Counted from the first letter of the stretch, positions 27,826 to 39,546 are shown. The stretch: DNA of 64,000 bases from Candidatus Deferrimicrobiaceae bacterium (GCA_963792415.1 CAWBVY010000001.1:320001-384000); one strand, 5' to 3'. The notes: generated by a model from the sequence alone, not told the origin. Program-made: numbers and translations.

Positions 27826-29491
27826 TTGGCACAACCCACCCTCCAACTCGACGACCTCCAGAACCTGTTTGACAACCAGGCCGGCCAACCGGAAAGCCAG
27901 CTCGACATCGGCTATTATGTCAACCTGGTGCTGCGCCGGCGCTGGTTTGTCATCATTCCCCTCTGTTTGGCCCTGATCGCAGGGATTTACCTGGCCGTTG
28001 CGCTGCCCAAGAAATATCAGGCCGAAACCCTGATTTTGATCGAACCCCAGAGAGTGCCGGACAATTACGTGCAGGCCATCGTATCGAGCGATCTCGAAGC
28101 GCGCATCGCCACCCTCAAGGAAATGATCTTGAGCCGGACCAACCTGTTCAAGATTATAGAAGATTTCAACCTGCTCAGCGATCCCAAGTATGCCGACATG
28201 TTCCTGGATGAGAAGATCCAAGTCATGCGCAAACGCACGACGGTGGATATTGTCAGCGATAGACGAAATCGCACCGCCAATGCCTTTAAGATAACCTTTG
28301 AAGGTGAAGAACCCCGTAAGGTGATGCAGGTGGTCAACGCCATGGCCACGCTTGTCATCGATCAAAACCTGAAGGTGCGCGAATCACAGGCTATCGGCAC
28401 CGTCGAGTTTCTCGAAAATGAACGGGTCAAAATGCGCCGCAGGCTCGAGGAAGTCGAAGCCGCGCTCAAGGATTTCCGCGAGACCCACATGGGAGAGTTG
28501 CCGGATCAGCTGGCCGGCAACCTGATGGTACTTGAACGCGTGCAGCAGCAGTTGAGTGACAGACAAAAGAGCCTGCGCGACGAAAAATACAGGCTGATCT
28601 CCTTAAATAACCAGCTTAAGCTTGTCCGGGAGCAGGCCGCTATGACGGAGGTGGCTACTCCAATACCCGAAATCGGTGAGCCCACCACCCTCGAAGGTCT
28701 GAAACAGCAGCTGGCGGACTACAGAATCCGCTACACGCCGCAGCACCCGGATGTGATCAGGCTCCAAAGGAAAATAGAAGAGCTGGAAAAGCAAAGCCCG
28801 ACGCCTTCCACTGATTCCACTGACGCCGGTTTGACGCGCGTGGCTGGCGGCGTCGGCTTCCCGGGGGTGAGAAGGAGCGTCGAAGCCGATTTGATCGCGC
28901 AGCGTAACAATGCCGCCAGGGAGATTGCCGCCATCAAGGAAGAAATCTCAGCCTTGCACGAGCAAATCACTTTCTACCAAGGGCGCATCGAAAATACACC
29001 CAAGCTGGAACAAGAGCTCTTGTCCCTCAACCGCGATTACGACAATACCCAGAAAACATATGAATCACTGTTGACCCGCAAACAGGAAGCCGAGGTAGCC
29101 GCCAACATGGAGCGCCAGCAGAAGGGCGAACAGTTTCGCATTCTGGATCCCGCCCGCCTGCCCGACAAACCCCAAGTCGCCCGACATGCGCAAGCTGTTT
29201 TTAATGTGCGTCATGGCCGGACTGGGATTAGGCGGCGGCCTCATCTTTTTGCTGGAGTTTCTCGACAAATCCGTGAAGAAACTCGAGAGCGTTCCTGCTA
29301 AATTGGGGATCCCCATTTTGGTCGCTATACCATCAATCAGACGTCCTAAGGATATCATCAAACGCCGCATCAACGATGGCCTCAGCGTCCTCGCGGCAAT
29401 GATTTGCATGGCCCTCCTGGTCCTTTTCGCCGCCGTCTCCGTCCTCGGCATGCCCGGACCGACAGAGTTTGTAAAAAGTTTAATAACGTGA
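27826..29491 (+). CDS. Polysaccharide chain-length determinant (Wzz/GumC), frameshift near 29175
   Basis: N-terminal TM, LPKKYQAET, YTPQHPDV, LNRDY, GEQFRILDPA, C-terminal TMs in next frame. Confidence 0.88.
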
Positions 29492-29556
29492 TTTGTATGT
29501 TGTCGGTTGTTGGTGGTATGTAGTTAGTTGCAGAAATAGAACTAATCGAATTTATT

Positions 29557-29904
29557 TTACCACAGAGGCACAGAGTACGCAGAGATTTTTCCTTTTTTTC
29601 ATTGTCGGTGATCCCAGTACCATCTAATAGAGCTACGGGACAAGGAGGCCGACAATGAAAAACCAATCTACAATTTCTATGAAATTAAGTGCCGGATTTT
29701 ATTTATAGGCTGCAAAGCATATTCCACTGGGATCAAAGGATATGCCCCCCTTTAGGCAATAAAACACAATCTGTCGTAATCCCGGCGTCTATAGGAAAAA
29801 TTTAAAATTGAAGCGGATATCTTTATGTTTGCCGCCCTATCAACGGCAAACATAAAACAAGTACCCTCTTCTTCCTCCGTGCCTCGAGCGCAGCGGGTGG
29901 TGAA
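29557..29904. mobile_element. Intergenic element family 1, empty copy
   Basis: Left end ttaccacagaggcacagag; two subterminal hairpins; right end ccgtgcctc-gagcgcagcggg-tggtgaa. Confidence 0.65.
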
Positions 29905-29920
29905 AACCTAAAGAAAGATC

Positions 29921-30120
29921 TCACCACAGAGACACCGAGGACACAGCGAATTTTATTTTTCACCAAATCGGGAGACGACGATTTGATGAAACTTCTGTCC
30001 ACAAATATCCAAATTTCACCCCAGAAGGTGAGCGGTTTTCATTGAGCGATGTCTCCTGCTCAATGAAAAAAATCTTAAACTCTCAGTGCTCTCTGTGCCT
30101 CAAGCGCAGCGGGTGGTGAA
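29921..30120. mobile_element. Intergenic element family 1, empty copy
   Basis: tcaccacagagacaccgag...ctctgtgcctc-aagcgcagcggg-tggtgaa with two hairpins. Confidence 0.65.
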
Positions 30121-30159
30121 ACCCTATTGATCCCCAACCTCCATTTGCGCAGCAAATAA

Positions 30160-31311
30160 ATGTCCAAAATCGTTAAAGCCCTCGAAAAGTATAAAAAAGA
30201 ACACAACCTGACTTCGTCCCAGGTTTTCAATCTCGATCATGCGAAACCGCCTGAATCTGCACTGGATTCCGATGAAGACCAGTATATTCAGGAAAACGTC
30301 GATGCCGATGCGGCAAAAGAGTCGACGCAGCCGTATCCACAGCAAGAAGAAAGAATCGCTGTGCAAGTTGTTGATTCTCGCGAGGCATCGCAGCCGCAGG
30401 CTGATAGGCCTTTAAGTGAGCCGGCGAACATCGCGCCGAAACGAAGCCCCCATTTTGTTTTGGCCGATAAACAACCTGCAAAAACAGCATCCACAGAAAT
30501 CGAAAACAAAGGGAGGGTACCTCTCCTCGGTGACGAAAAGGCCAACCCGGCAACGCAACCACCAGAACTCACTTCGGCTGCCCCATCGGAGCCGACCTGC
30601 GCTTGCATGCCGTCAAATCGGTTCGCCCCGGACCTCATATCGATTGTCAATCCTCGCTGTGTCGAAGCGGAAATATTCAAGGTGCTGAGGGGTAAGATCC
30701 TTTTCCCGACTTCCGGCAAACCGCCGCGGTCCATAATGGTCACCAGCACGGTCCCGGGCGAGGGGAAATCCTTCGTTGCCGCTAATCTCGCCGTGAACAT
30801 GGCCCACAACATCGAAAAACACGTCCTGCTGGTAGACTGCGACATCCGCAGGCCGACCATTCACAAACTCTTTGGGATCGGCATGGTCAAGGGGCTGAGC
30901 GAGCACCTGTCGAATGGCAACAAGCTTCCCTCCTTGCTTCTCAAAACCGGAGTCGATAAGTTGACCATTCTGCCCAGCGGAACACCGCCCGCCAATCCAT
31001 CGGAACTCTTGTCCTCCGATAAAATGGCCGCCCTCATTGAGGAGCTCAAATCCCGCTATGATGACCGTTTTTTGATTATCGATTCCCCCCCGCCCATGCT
31101 GGGTCCGGAAACCACTGCCATCGCCAAGCAGGTCGACGGCATCATCGTGGTGATCAAGTTCGGCAGCACCCCGATGGATGCGGTCGAAGAGCTGATCGAC
31201 AACCTGGGCAAAGAAAAGATCATCGGCGCGGTCATCAACCGCTTCGATGGCCGCACCTCCAGATACTACGGCTACAAGAAATACGGGAAATATTACCGCA
31301 GCAAACCGTAG
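30160..31311 (+). CDS. Polysaccharide biosynthesis tyrosine autokinase (CpsD/CapB)
   Basis: PGEGKS Walker A, LLVDCDIRRP, IIDSPP, Tyr-rich C-terminus. Confidence 0.92.
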   Translation: MSKIVKALEKYKKEHNLTSSQVFNLDHAKPPESALDSDEDQYIQENVDADAAKESTQPYPQQEERIAVQVVDSREASQPQADRPLSEPANIAPKRSPHFVLADKQPAKTASTEIENKGRVPLLGDEKANPATQPPELTSAAPSEPTCACMPSNRFAPDLISIVNPRCVEAEIFKVLRGKILFPTSGKPPRSIMVTSTVPGEGKSFVAANLAVNMAHNIEKHVLLVDCDIRRPTIHKLFGIGMVKGLSEHLSNGNKLPSLLLKTGVDKLTILPSGTPPANPSELLSSDKMAALIEELKSRYDDRFLIIDSPPPMLGPETTAIAKQVDGIIVVIKFGSTPMDAVEELIDNLGKEKIIGAVINRFDGRTSRYYGYKKYGKYYRSKP

Positions 31312-31368
31312 GTTTGTGTTTGTTGCGGGTTGTGTGTTGATTCAAGAGAAGTAAGCAGAGCAGCTGAA

Positions 31369-31881
31369 GGAATGGATTCGATTTGATGCTGAAAAGAATT
31401 AGACAGGATAATCAGGATAAACATAAATATTCCTGGCTTTCCAGATGAAAGCCAGGAAGGCACTATCCGCCGCTTCACTCAATGATATTTTGATCTTTCG
31501 CCGAAGGCGATTGAGTTTTGCCTGTTTCATCCGGAAACAGGCAAAGCTAATAATTCAACAGATCCTGTAAATCCCGTCCAATAAAAAATCTTAAAATCGA
31601 ATCCATTCCACTAAAATAAGAACTGGACAGGATAGACAAGATTGTCAGGTTAAATTTCCGGTTTCCAGCCTGCCCGCTGTGTCCTTTTTGGACTTCGGGA
31701 AGAAACCGAAAAACCAACACCCGCTTTCAGCGACAATAATATTTTTCGTATAACTGAAATGGTAGCCCTTCTCCGAAGGCGATTGAATTTTATAACTTTC
31801 TTCAGGAAAGTTATAAACAAAAAAATCCAAAAAATCCTGTAAATCCTGTCCAATAAAAAAACTTAAGATCGAATCCATTCC
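31369..31881. mobile_element. Intergenic element family 2, two tandem copies
   Basis: Perfect 16-bp IR ggaatggattcgattt (31369) / aaatcgaatccattcc (31594); gacaggat/atcctgt periodic repeats; second right end at 31881. Confidence 0.65.
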
Positions 31882-31895
31882 TCCAAGAGAAAAAT

Positions 31896-33033
31896 ATGCA
31901 AATCCCTTTCTTAGATCTCAAAGCCCAATACAAACAAATCGAGTCTGAAGTCGTCCCCGCCGTCACCGAAGCCATGGCCACCGGTATGTTCATCGGCGGC
32001 CCCCAGGTGTCCGGCTTCGAAGACGAATTCGCCCAATTTTGCGACAGCAAATACTGCATCGGCGTCGGTTCCGGCACTGACGCCCTCCGCTTCGCCCTCA
32101 TGGCGGCCGGCATCGGCCCGGGCGACGCGGTCATCACGGTCCCCAACACCTTCATCGCCACCACCGAAGCCATATCCCAGGTCGGCGCCACCCCGATCTT
32201 CGTCGACGTCGACCCCAAAACCTACACCATGGACCCCCAAAAACTAGCCGATTTACTGAAAAACAATCATAACAACAATCAAACCCACAACAATCCAAAT
32301 CGCCAAAGGCGTTATCCCCGTCCACCTCTACGGCCAGCCGGCCGACATGGACCCGATCCTCGACATTGCCCGGCAATACGACCTTGTCGTCATCGAAGAC
32401 GCCTGCCAGGCACACGGCGCCTCGTATAAAAACAGGAAGGCCGGATCACTGAGCACGGCCGGCTGCTTCAGCTTCTACCCCGGAAAGAATCTCGGCGCCT
32501 TCGGCGAAGCCGGGGCCGTCGTGACCCAGGATGAAGAGATGGCACAGAAGATGCGCATGATCCGGGATCACGGGCAGGCGCAGAAATATTTTCACGACCT
32601 CGAAGGCTACAACGGCCGCCTCGATGCGATCCAGGCCGCGGTGCTCCGCATCAAGCTGAAGCGGTTGCAGGGCTGGAACCGATCCCGCCGGAAAAATGCG
32701 GCCCTTTACACCGAACTCTTGCAGGACGTTCCCGGCATTACGCTGCCCGTGGAAGCCGAGTTCGCCGAATCGGTCTATCATCTCTACGTGATCCTTGCAG
32801 ACAACCGCGATGGGCTTCAGAAGTTCCTTTCAGAAAAAGGCATCGCCACCGGCCTGCACTACCCGCTGCCGCTCCATCTGCAGAAAGCCTACGCTCACCT
32901 CGGCTATAAAAAAGGCGACTTCCCGGTCGCCGAGCACGCCGCCGAACGCCTCCTCTCGCTCCCCATGTACCCTGAGCTGACAGCAGAGCAGATCGATTAC
33001 GTCTGTTCATCTATCAGAGAATATTTTAAATAG
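31896..33033 (+). CDS. DegT/DnrJ/EryC1/StrS sugar aminotransferase, frameshift near 32290
   Basis: IPFLDL, GSGTDAL, IEDACQAHG, SFYPGKNLGA. Confidence 0.92.
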
Positions 33034-33036
33034 TAA

Positions 33037-33309
33037 TTCACCACAGAGGCACAGAGAGCACAGAGAATACTTTTTTCTTTTCCTTTGCCGGTAGACAGCG
33101 GCAAAGGAAAACCAATCTGCACTTTCTACGAAATGAATTGCTGGATTGTATTCATAGGCTGCAAAGCATATTCCACTCGGATCAGCGAAAAAATAGATAA
33201 CCGTAAAGCCTGCCGCAGGCATGAGTTTATTTCATTTGCCGGTATCTCCCGGCAAATGAATGAACTAGACTCTCAGTGATCTCTGTGCCTCGAGCGAAGC
33301 GGGCGGTAA
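33037..33309. mobile_element. Intergenic element family 1, empty copy
   Basis: ttcaccacagaggcacagagagcacagag 3 nt after a stop codon; two hairpins; right end ctctgtgcctcgagcgaagcgggcggtaa. Confidence 0.7.
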
Positions 33310-33327
33310 AAACCAAATAATAGATAC

Positions 33328-33679
33328 TAACCACAGAGACACAGGGAACACAGAGATATTTATTTTCTTTTCCTTTGCCGGTGCTTGCATCCCGTCTTGG
33401 CGGGGAAGACGACGGCAAAGGAAACCCAATCTGCCATCTGAGCAGGATTGCTTTACCTTCTTGAGTCTTTTGAACCTAATATAGAGGTGGCTATAAAATA
33501 CATTGGAGTTAAGTGTTCCATATTTGGAAAAACTTCTGAACCTTACTCCCACAGGGATGAGTCCTTTTGTTCAATCGTCGCCAGCCCGCCATCGCTCCCT
33601 CGCTCAGGCGAGGCGGGCGGGTCTCCCGATTGAACAAAAAATAAAAAATCTCTCAGTGTCCTCAGTGTCTCTGTGGTAA
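33328..33679. mobile_element. Intergenic element family 1, empty copy with nested mini-inserts
   Basis: taaccacagagacacagggaacacagag...ctcagtgtctctgtggtaa. Confidence 0.7.
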
Positions 33680-33742
33680 AAAACATCATTAAACTCTCTT
33701 CGCACTTTGCGTCTCAGCAGTGAATGAATTAAAGGAGGAAAG

Positions 33743-34754
33743 ATGATTAAAATAGGGCTTATAGGATACGGCTATTGGGGACCGAACTTGGCCCGCAACT
33801 TCCACTTCAACAACGACCTCGAGCTCATCGCCATCTGTGATTTTTCAAGCGATCGCCTGAAAGCCTCGTGCAAGCTCTACCCCCAAGTAGACTGCTATGA
33901 CAACGTCGACGATTTTTTCGCCAACACCGACATGGACGCCGTGGCCATCGCCACTCCGGTCGGCACCCACTTTGAGCTGGCCAAGCGGGCCATCGAGAGC
34001 GGTCGGCACCTGTGGCTGGAAAAGCCGATGACCGAAACGGTCGAGCAGGGCAGGGCAGCTGATCAAGCTGGCCAAAAAGAAAAAAAAGGTTCTCCTCGTC
34101 GACCACACCTTCGTCTACACCGGGGCGGTCCGCAAGATCAAAGACCTGATCCGCAAGGGCGAGCTGGGGCATATCATCTATTACGACTCGACCCGCATCA
34201 ACCTGGGACTTTTCCAGCAGGACATCAACGTCATCTGGGACTTGGCGCCGCATGACATCTCTATCATGGACTTTCTGATGCCCTTCGAAAAGGTGGCCGT
34301 TTCGGCTACCGGCAGCCACTATTACGGCAACGGCATTGTGCCTAAATCGCTTTTGACCATCTATATGGCCGCCGATATCGTCGCCCACATCAACGTGAGC
34401 TGGGTCTCACCGGTCAAGATCCGCCAGACCCTGATCGGCGGCAGCCTGAAGATGATTCTCTACGACGACACACACCCCAGCGAAAAGGTCAAGATCTACG
34501 ACTCGGGCGTGGACCTCGACTTTACCAAGGAGGAACTCTACCACATGAAGGTCCAGTACCGGGTCGGGGACATGTACGCCCCCAAGCTGGAAGGCCACGA
34601 GGCCCTGGCTCTCGAAACCGAACATTTCGTCGACTGTCTGATCAACGGCACCGAGCCCTTGACCGGCGGCCGCGAAGGCCTCCAAATAGTAAAAATCCTC
34701 ACCGCTGCCGAGCAGTCCCTAAAAAACAAAGGCACTCCCGTCGAATTGGTGTAG
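33743..34754 (+). CDS. Gfo/Idh/MocA oxidoreductase, frameshift near 34050
   Basis: GYGYWGPN, IATP, EKPM, WDLAPHD. Confidence 0.9.
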
Positions 34755-34756
34755 GA

Positions 34757-35131
34757 TTCACCGCAGAAAGAACAAATTTCACCACAGAGGCACAGAGGGC
34801 ACAGAGATATTTCCTTTTTTTCATTGTCGGTGTGAGAGGCCGACAAGCAAAAGACAACTCACTGCAATAAATACTGAATATTGTAGATCTGCGTTTATTA
34901 CTGGATTATAGTACATAGGGTATGAAAACAACTGATTGTAAGGGTCGCAAATGAACTCCCTGTGACTCATGAGTGGAAAAACATAACTTCTTCGTCTCCG
35001 TGCCTCAGCGACGGATCTTCATTTGCCGGTCCTCTCACGGCAAATGAATATAATCAAATTCTCAGTGATCTCAGTGCCTCTGTGGTTAAAAACATCATTA
35101 AAGCTTGCGCTCTCTGTGCCTCTGTGGTGAA
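34757..35131. mobile_element. Intergenic element family 1, nested copies
   Basis: Left ends at 34757 (truncated) and 34778; right ends at 35089 and 35131. Confidence 0.65.
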
Positions 35132-35139
35132 TAATATTA

Positions 35140-35510
35140 ATGGACATCAATCAGCTAACCAGCAAGATCATCGGTGCGGCAATAGAGGTTCACAAAACAA
35201 TTGGTCCTGGTTTGTTAGAGGGGATATACGAAGACTGTTTATGCATTGAGTTAGAAAGGCGAGGAATTCCTTTTGAGCGGCAGAAAAGGATTGATATCGA
35301 ATATAAAGGAGTAAAATTAAATAATCAATATCGACTTGACCTTGTTGTCAATAACATGGCTGTAGTTGAACTAAAACCGTAGATGAACTCGCACCAATTC
35401 ATGATGCTCAGGTATTGACCTATCTCAAATTAACGGGCTTAAAGGTTGGTTTGCTCATCAATTTTAATACTGCAATACTTAAGGACGGTATAAAGCGTTT
35501 GATAATGTAG
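35140..35510 (+). CDS. GxxExxY protein (PD-(D/E)XK-like), frameshift near 35375
   Basis: [31 protein letters not shown]; AQVLTYLK...GLLINF in next frame. Confidence 0.9.
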
Positions 35511-35834
35511 AGTCAAGAGGTGATCATTACTTTTGCCCTATCGCCGTCTCCCGATAGGACAAAAAACAAAATATCTCTCAGTGTCCTCAGTGTCGCTGTG
35601 GTAAATAAATAGCATCTTTTCTTAATTTTTCCAGTGCTTAAAGAAGGTATAAAACGACCTGTACCGTAGATTTACGAATTGCCGGAATTTCATCGACATA
35701 GCCTGCCGCAGGCATGAGTGTGTTTCATTTGCCGGTATCCTCGCCCCGTAGCTCCAGCAGATGGTACCGGGGTTCCGGCAAATGAAATAAATATATCCTC
35801 TTTGCTCACTCTGCGCCTCTGTGGTAAATAAATA

Positions 35835-36304
35835 ATGAAAAAAATAGCACCAGATGTCATCCTTGGCAAAGACGTCCAACTGAACGAATTCATCAACCTT
35901 TACGGCTGCACCATCGGCGACGGCACCAAGATCGGCCCCTTCGTCGAAATCCAAAAAAACGCCTCCATCGGCAAGAACTGCAAGATCCAGAGCCACACCT
36001 TCATCTGCGAGGGCGTCACCATCGAGGACGAGGTCTTCGTCGGTCACGGCGTCATGTTCATCAACGACAAATACCCCAAGGCCACCACCGACAGCGGCGG
36101 CCTGCAGACCGAAGCCGACTGGCAGGTCGTTCCCACGGTCGTCAAAACCAGAGCTTCTCTCGGCTCCAACGCCACCATCCTCTGCGGCGTCACCATCGGC
36201 GAAGGACGCCGTCGATCGGCGCCGGCAGCGTCGTCACCAAAGATGTACCGGCCAACACAGTAGTCGCAGGAAATCCAGCGTGCGTTTTGAAAAAACGCGG
36301 TTAA
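35835..36304 (+). CDS. Hexapeptide-repeat sugar N-acetyltransferase (WbpD/WlbB-like), frameshift near 36205
   Basis: NLYGCTIG, KIQSHTFICEGV, MFINDKYP, VVAGNPA. Confidence 0.88.
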
Positions 36305-36818
36305 TGAGTTTATTGTGTTAATTGAGTGTAAAACAAGTGATTGAAATGGAAAAAAACGGCGCTCAGTCTCCTTGCAGTTCCCAATACATTAGTGTATGGT
36401 TATCATGCGCTATGGATTAGGAGATGATGAATGAAGCCGCACGTTCCTAACAAACATAACCAATAAAACTGATAAAACCAATTCAAAAAAACGAATTGTG
36501 TTATCTTATATAACCCATATTCCGGAAAACTTTTTGAAAAACATTTCATTACAGTTTGTTAGGCGTCTCATTTTATGGGCTACAATTCTGGTGACGAAAT
36601 CGTAAACCCCCATCAATTGTGCCGCTATAACGTTTTTGAAAATTATTTTCCGGATTAGGGGCTATAACCAAAATTTTCTTAGAAAATGAAAATTATATAC
36701 GATCAAGAAACCGACACCATGTTCTTGCCAACAATGTTTTCGTGAAATATTCGAGCAGACAGGGTTTGACCGTAAATTGTTTTAAATTATCCACAGGTAA
36801 AATCTTGGAGAAGGAAAA

Positions 36819-36995
36819 ATGAGAGGTATCCAATATGTAGTGGATGATTCCGGCCGGAAGAAGGCTGTTATCATCGACCTGGAAGAATGGGGAGAGTTGT
36901 GGGAAGATTTCTCTGACATACTCGTCTCCGAAACGCGACGAGAAGAGCCGGTTGTACGGTGGGAAAAGCTAAAAGCCGAAACAATGAAAAAATAG
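36819..36995 (+). CDS. Small antitoxin
   Basis: MRGIQYVVDDSGRKKAVIIDLEEWGELWEDF, 58 aa, RBS present, directly upstream of RelE. Confidence 0.7.
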   Translation: MRGIQYVVDDSGRKKAVIIDLEEWGELWEDFSDILVSETRREEPVVRWEKLKAETMKK

Positions 36996-37008
36996 ATCCA
37001 AAGCATCG

Positions 37009-37263
37009 ATGTATAAAATTGAATTATTGAAATCTGCAGCGAAAGAGTTTCGTGATCTGGATGATACAACAAAGAGGCGAATCACTGAAAAAATAGATAA
37101 ACTGATTGAGGAACCTCGCCCTAGAGGAGTACGAAAGCTTAGAGGGCATAAAAGTCTATATAGGATTCGCGTTGGATCTTTCAGGATCGTTTATGATATT
37201 AATGAGGAAATAGAATTGATTCAAGTAACCAGGATCAGACATCGAAGTGAAGTATATAAATAG
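37009..37263 (+). CDS. RelE/ParE family toxin
   Basis: PRPRGVRKLRG...YRIRVGSFRIVY...IRHRSEVYK. Confidence 0.9.
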   Translation: MYKIELLKSAAKEFRDLDDTTKRRITEKIDKLIEEPRPRGVRKLRGHKSLYRIRVGSFRIVYDINEEIELIQVTRIRHRSEVYK

Positions 37264-37394
37264 GAAGAGTTTGCTATCATTTTTACCCATTGGTGCTCCG
37301 GACAAAAAAACCCATTTAATCCTGCCTGCCCTGTTAAATCATTACCATTTAACCGGGGTAGCCCCTGCAGACGGTACTGGGGTCAACGATAAAT

Positions 37395-37591
37395 AGAAAA
37401 AATGTTTTTATTCACCTGACTTGGAAGGGTTTTCTGGAATAGGCGACTCTATAGAGGATTGCCGGTTTAAAGCTAAGTGGGGTATGAAGGAACTTGTTGA
37501 ATTACTAAAAGAACAGGGTCTTTTCGTTCCTTTAAAAAATCCAGATCCTAAAATTATAATTCAAAACGAAAAGAAATTGGCTGTAGAGTGA
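37395..37591 (+). pseudogene. HicB-like antitoxin remnant
   Basis: FYSPDLEGFSGIGDSIEDC...; 5' end interrupted by repeats. Confidence 0.55.
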
Positions 37592-37789
37592 TCTTGTATT
37601 GACGATAATGAATGTGAAGACATTGAATTAGAAGTTATTTTTTCGCCTCAGGCGATTGGATTTTTTAACTTTCGTCCGGAAAGTTAAAAACAAAAAGAAT
37701 CCTAAAAATCCAGTAAATCCTGTCCAATAAATTCATTTCTGTGTTTTATACATTGGTTGACTGTCGTAGCATATTGAGGAGGAAACCAT

Positions 37790-38053
37790 ATGCTTATTGA
37801 ATATGTCAATAAAGCAATGAGTAAGGCGGTGTACGATAAGATGGATGATGGCACTTTTAATGGAAAGATACCGCAGTGCCCCGGCGTTGTCGCCTTTGGA
37901 GAATCACTATATCAGTGCGAGCAAGAGTTGAGATCCTCTCTTGAAGGATGGTTAATTGTCAAAATAAGACATGGCGATAAACTTCCGGTGATTGGAAAAA
38001 TAAACTTAAACAAAAAAATGCCGGATATTCGAGGGGCTACCGTGAATGGCTAA
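37790..38053 (+). CDS. hicB: HicB family antitoxin
   Basis: GKIPQCPGVVAFGESL...LEGW...LPVI. Confidence 0.85.
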   Translation: MLIEYVNKAMSKAVYDKMDDGTFNGKIPQCPGVVAFGESLYQCEQELRSSLEGWLIVKIRHGDKLPVIGKINLNKKMPDIRGATVNG

Positions 38054-38276
38054 ATGGAGGCCTTGCAAACGAAGGGATTTCATAAAAAAGCTTAAGAAGC
38101 TCGGTTTCGGCTCACCTGAACCGGGCGGCCGCCATTTTTATATGCGTTATGGTTCATATACATTTACGCTACCAAGCAACAAGGAATTCTCTGTTCAGCA
38201 AGTCAAAATGCTCATAGATGAGATTGAACATGGGATAGGGAAGAATATTTCAATTGAAGAGTGGGAAAAGCTATAG
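38046..38276 (+). CDS. hicA: HicA family toxin
   Basis: KKLKKLGF...GGRHFYM; overlaps hicB. Confidence 0.82.
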   Translation: MAKWRPCKRRDFIKKLKKLGFGSPEPGGRHFYMRYGSYTFTLPSNKEFSVQQVKMLIDEIEHGIGKNISIEEWEKL

Positions 38277-38813
38277 CATAGAAAGAACTTGCGCTTTATG
38301 AGGTATTAAAGCACTAACCGATTCTCTTGATGCGCCTTACCTGCGACCTCTTTTACCGTCATGTCGGATGGCCGGATTGGCAAGTTGAGTGTTTAATGTG
38401 TTTCTCGTTTTTGCTTTTTTTAGAGCGACAAAGTCGCGTTTCATAAATTTTTCGCCAGAAAAATCTATTTGCGCCTTTTACCTTTCTCCATTAACCTTTT
38501 ACCAGTAATTACAAATAAACTCTATCAACCTTCAGCCCGTTAAATTTGCGTAAGCAATAGTGCAACGAATTTAACTGGGCCAATAAATTTAGCCTGTGAA
38601 ATTTACGATAGTAACAGTGCAACGCATTTCACTGGGCATAAATAACTCAAAAAACGCAATAAACTCTATAAACTATTACCAATGACTCCTTTACTTTTTT
38701 GAGAGCGGCAAGGCCGCGTTTCATAAATTTTTCACAGAAAAATTTATTTAAAATCAATTAATCAAGGTTTTGACCCTAAAATCAATAAGACGAGATAAAA
38801 AAAAGGAAAAAAT

Positions 38814-39044
38814 ATGAATGGCTTTATAGTTGTCGATCCGAAAATTTGCTCGGTAAAACCGGTTATCAAGGGCACGTGAATCATGGTGAAAAACATCCTT
38901 GGCATGGTGGCTGGCGGATATTCAGCGGATAGAATTTTGGAGGCTTATCCTGAACTGACACGTGAAATGGTTCAAGCGGCATTGGAATATGCTGCCATCG
39001 TAATTGACGAAGAGCAAGTTATTGGTACGATTGCCTCATCATAA
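38814..39044 (+). pseudogene. DUF433 antitoxin with internal stop
   Basis: IVVDPKICSVKPVIKGT*IMV...ILEAYPELT...AALEYA; TGA at the conserved Arg of GTRI. Confidence 0.75.
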
Positions 39045-39252
39045 TCGATAATAACAAAATTCTTGAAAGAAAAATTAAGCGGCTTTAGCGTACCGGCCAG
39101 CAGAAGAATCCATAAACCAACTCTGCCTCAGGTGGATGGACAATTTCAGTTTCTTCAGGAAACTGAAAATATATATTAATCCATTTAATCCCATGGATCC
39201 TGTCTAATTGATAATATAAATCGAATCCAAACCTTGTTAATCAATAACATAT

Positions 39253-39546
39253 TTTCTATACGACGACATGGAAGTCAGTGAAAAGATAAAGGTGTATGAC
39301 AAAAGCGTTCAGGTAAATGGACCGGAAAAGGTGCACGAAACTCTCATTTCCTATCGGCTGGGCGACATGTGGGCAACGGAACTCGACAACACGAAGGACC
39401 TCCGACTCGTAGCCACTGAATTCATCGACTCGATTCAATCAGGCCGGAACCCGATCAACGATGGAATCAGTGGCCTAAAGGTTGTTAAAATATTGGAGGC
39501 TTTGGAGATGTCGATCAAACGCAAAGGCCGCGAGGTAAAATTGTAA
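39253..39546 (+). pseudogene. Gfo/Idh/MocA oxidoreductase C-terminal remnant
   Basis: YDD...SEKIKVYD...YRLGDMW parallels the C-terminus of 33743-34754. Confidence 0.75.

Noticed and set aside
38877-38879. Selenocysteine or readthrough at the in-frame TGA of DUF433
   Set aside because: Position is a conserved Arg (CGA to TGA); simple nonsense change
36300-39250. Classical integron
   Set aside because: No tyrosine integrase in the window and I could not see consistent RYYYAAC/GTTRRRY attC boxes; a formal scan is still needed
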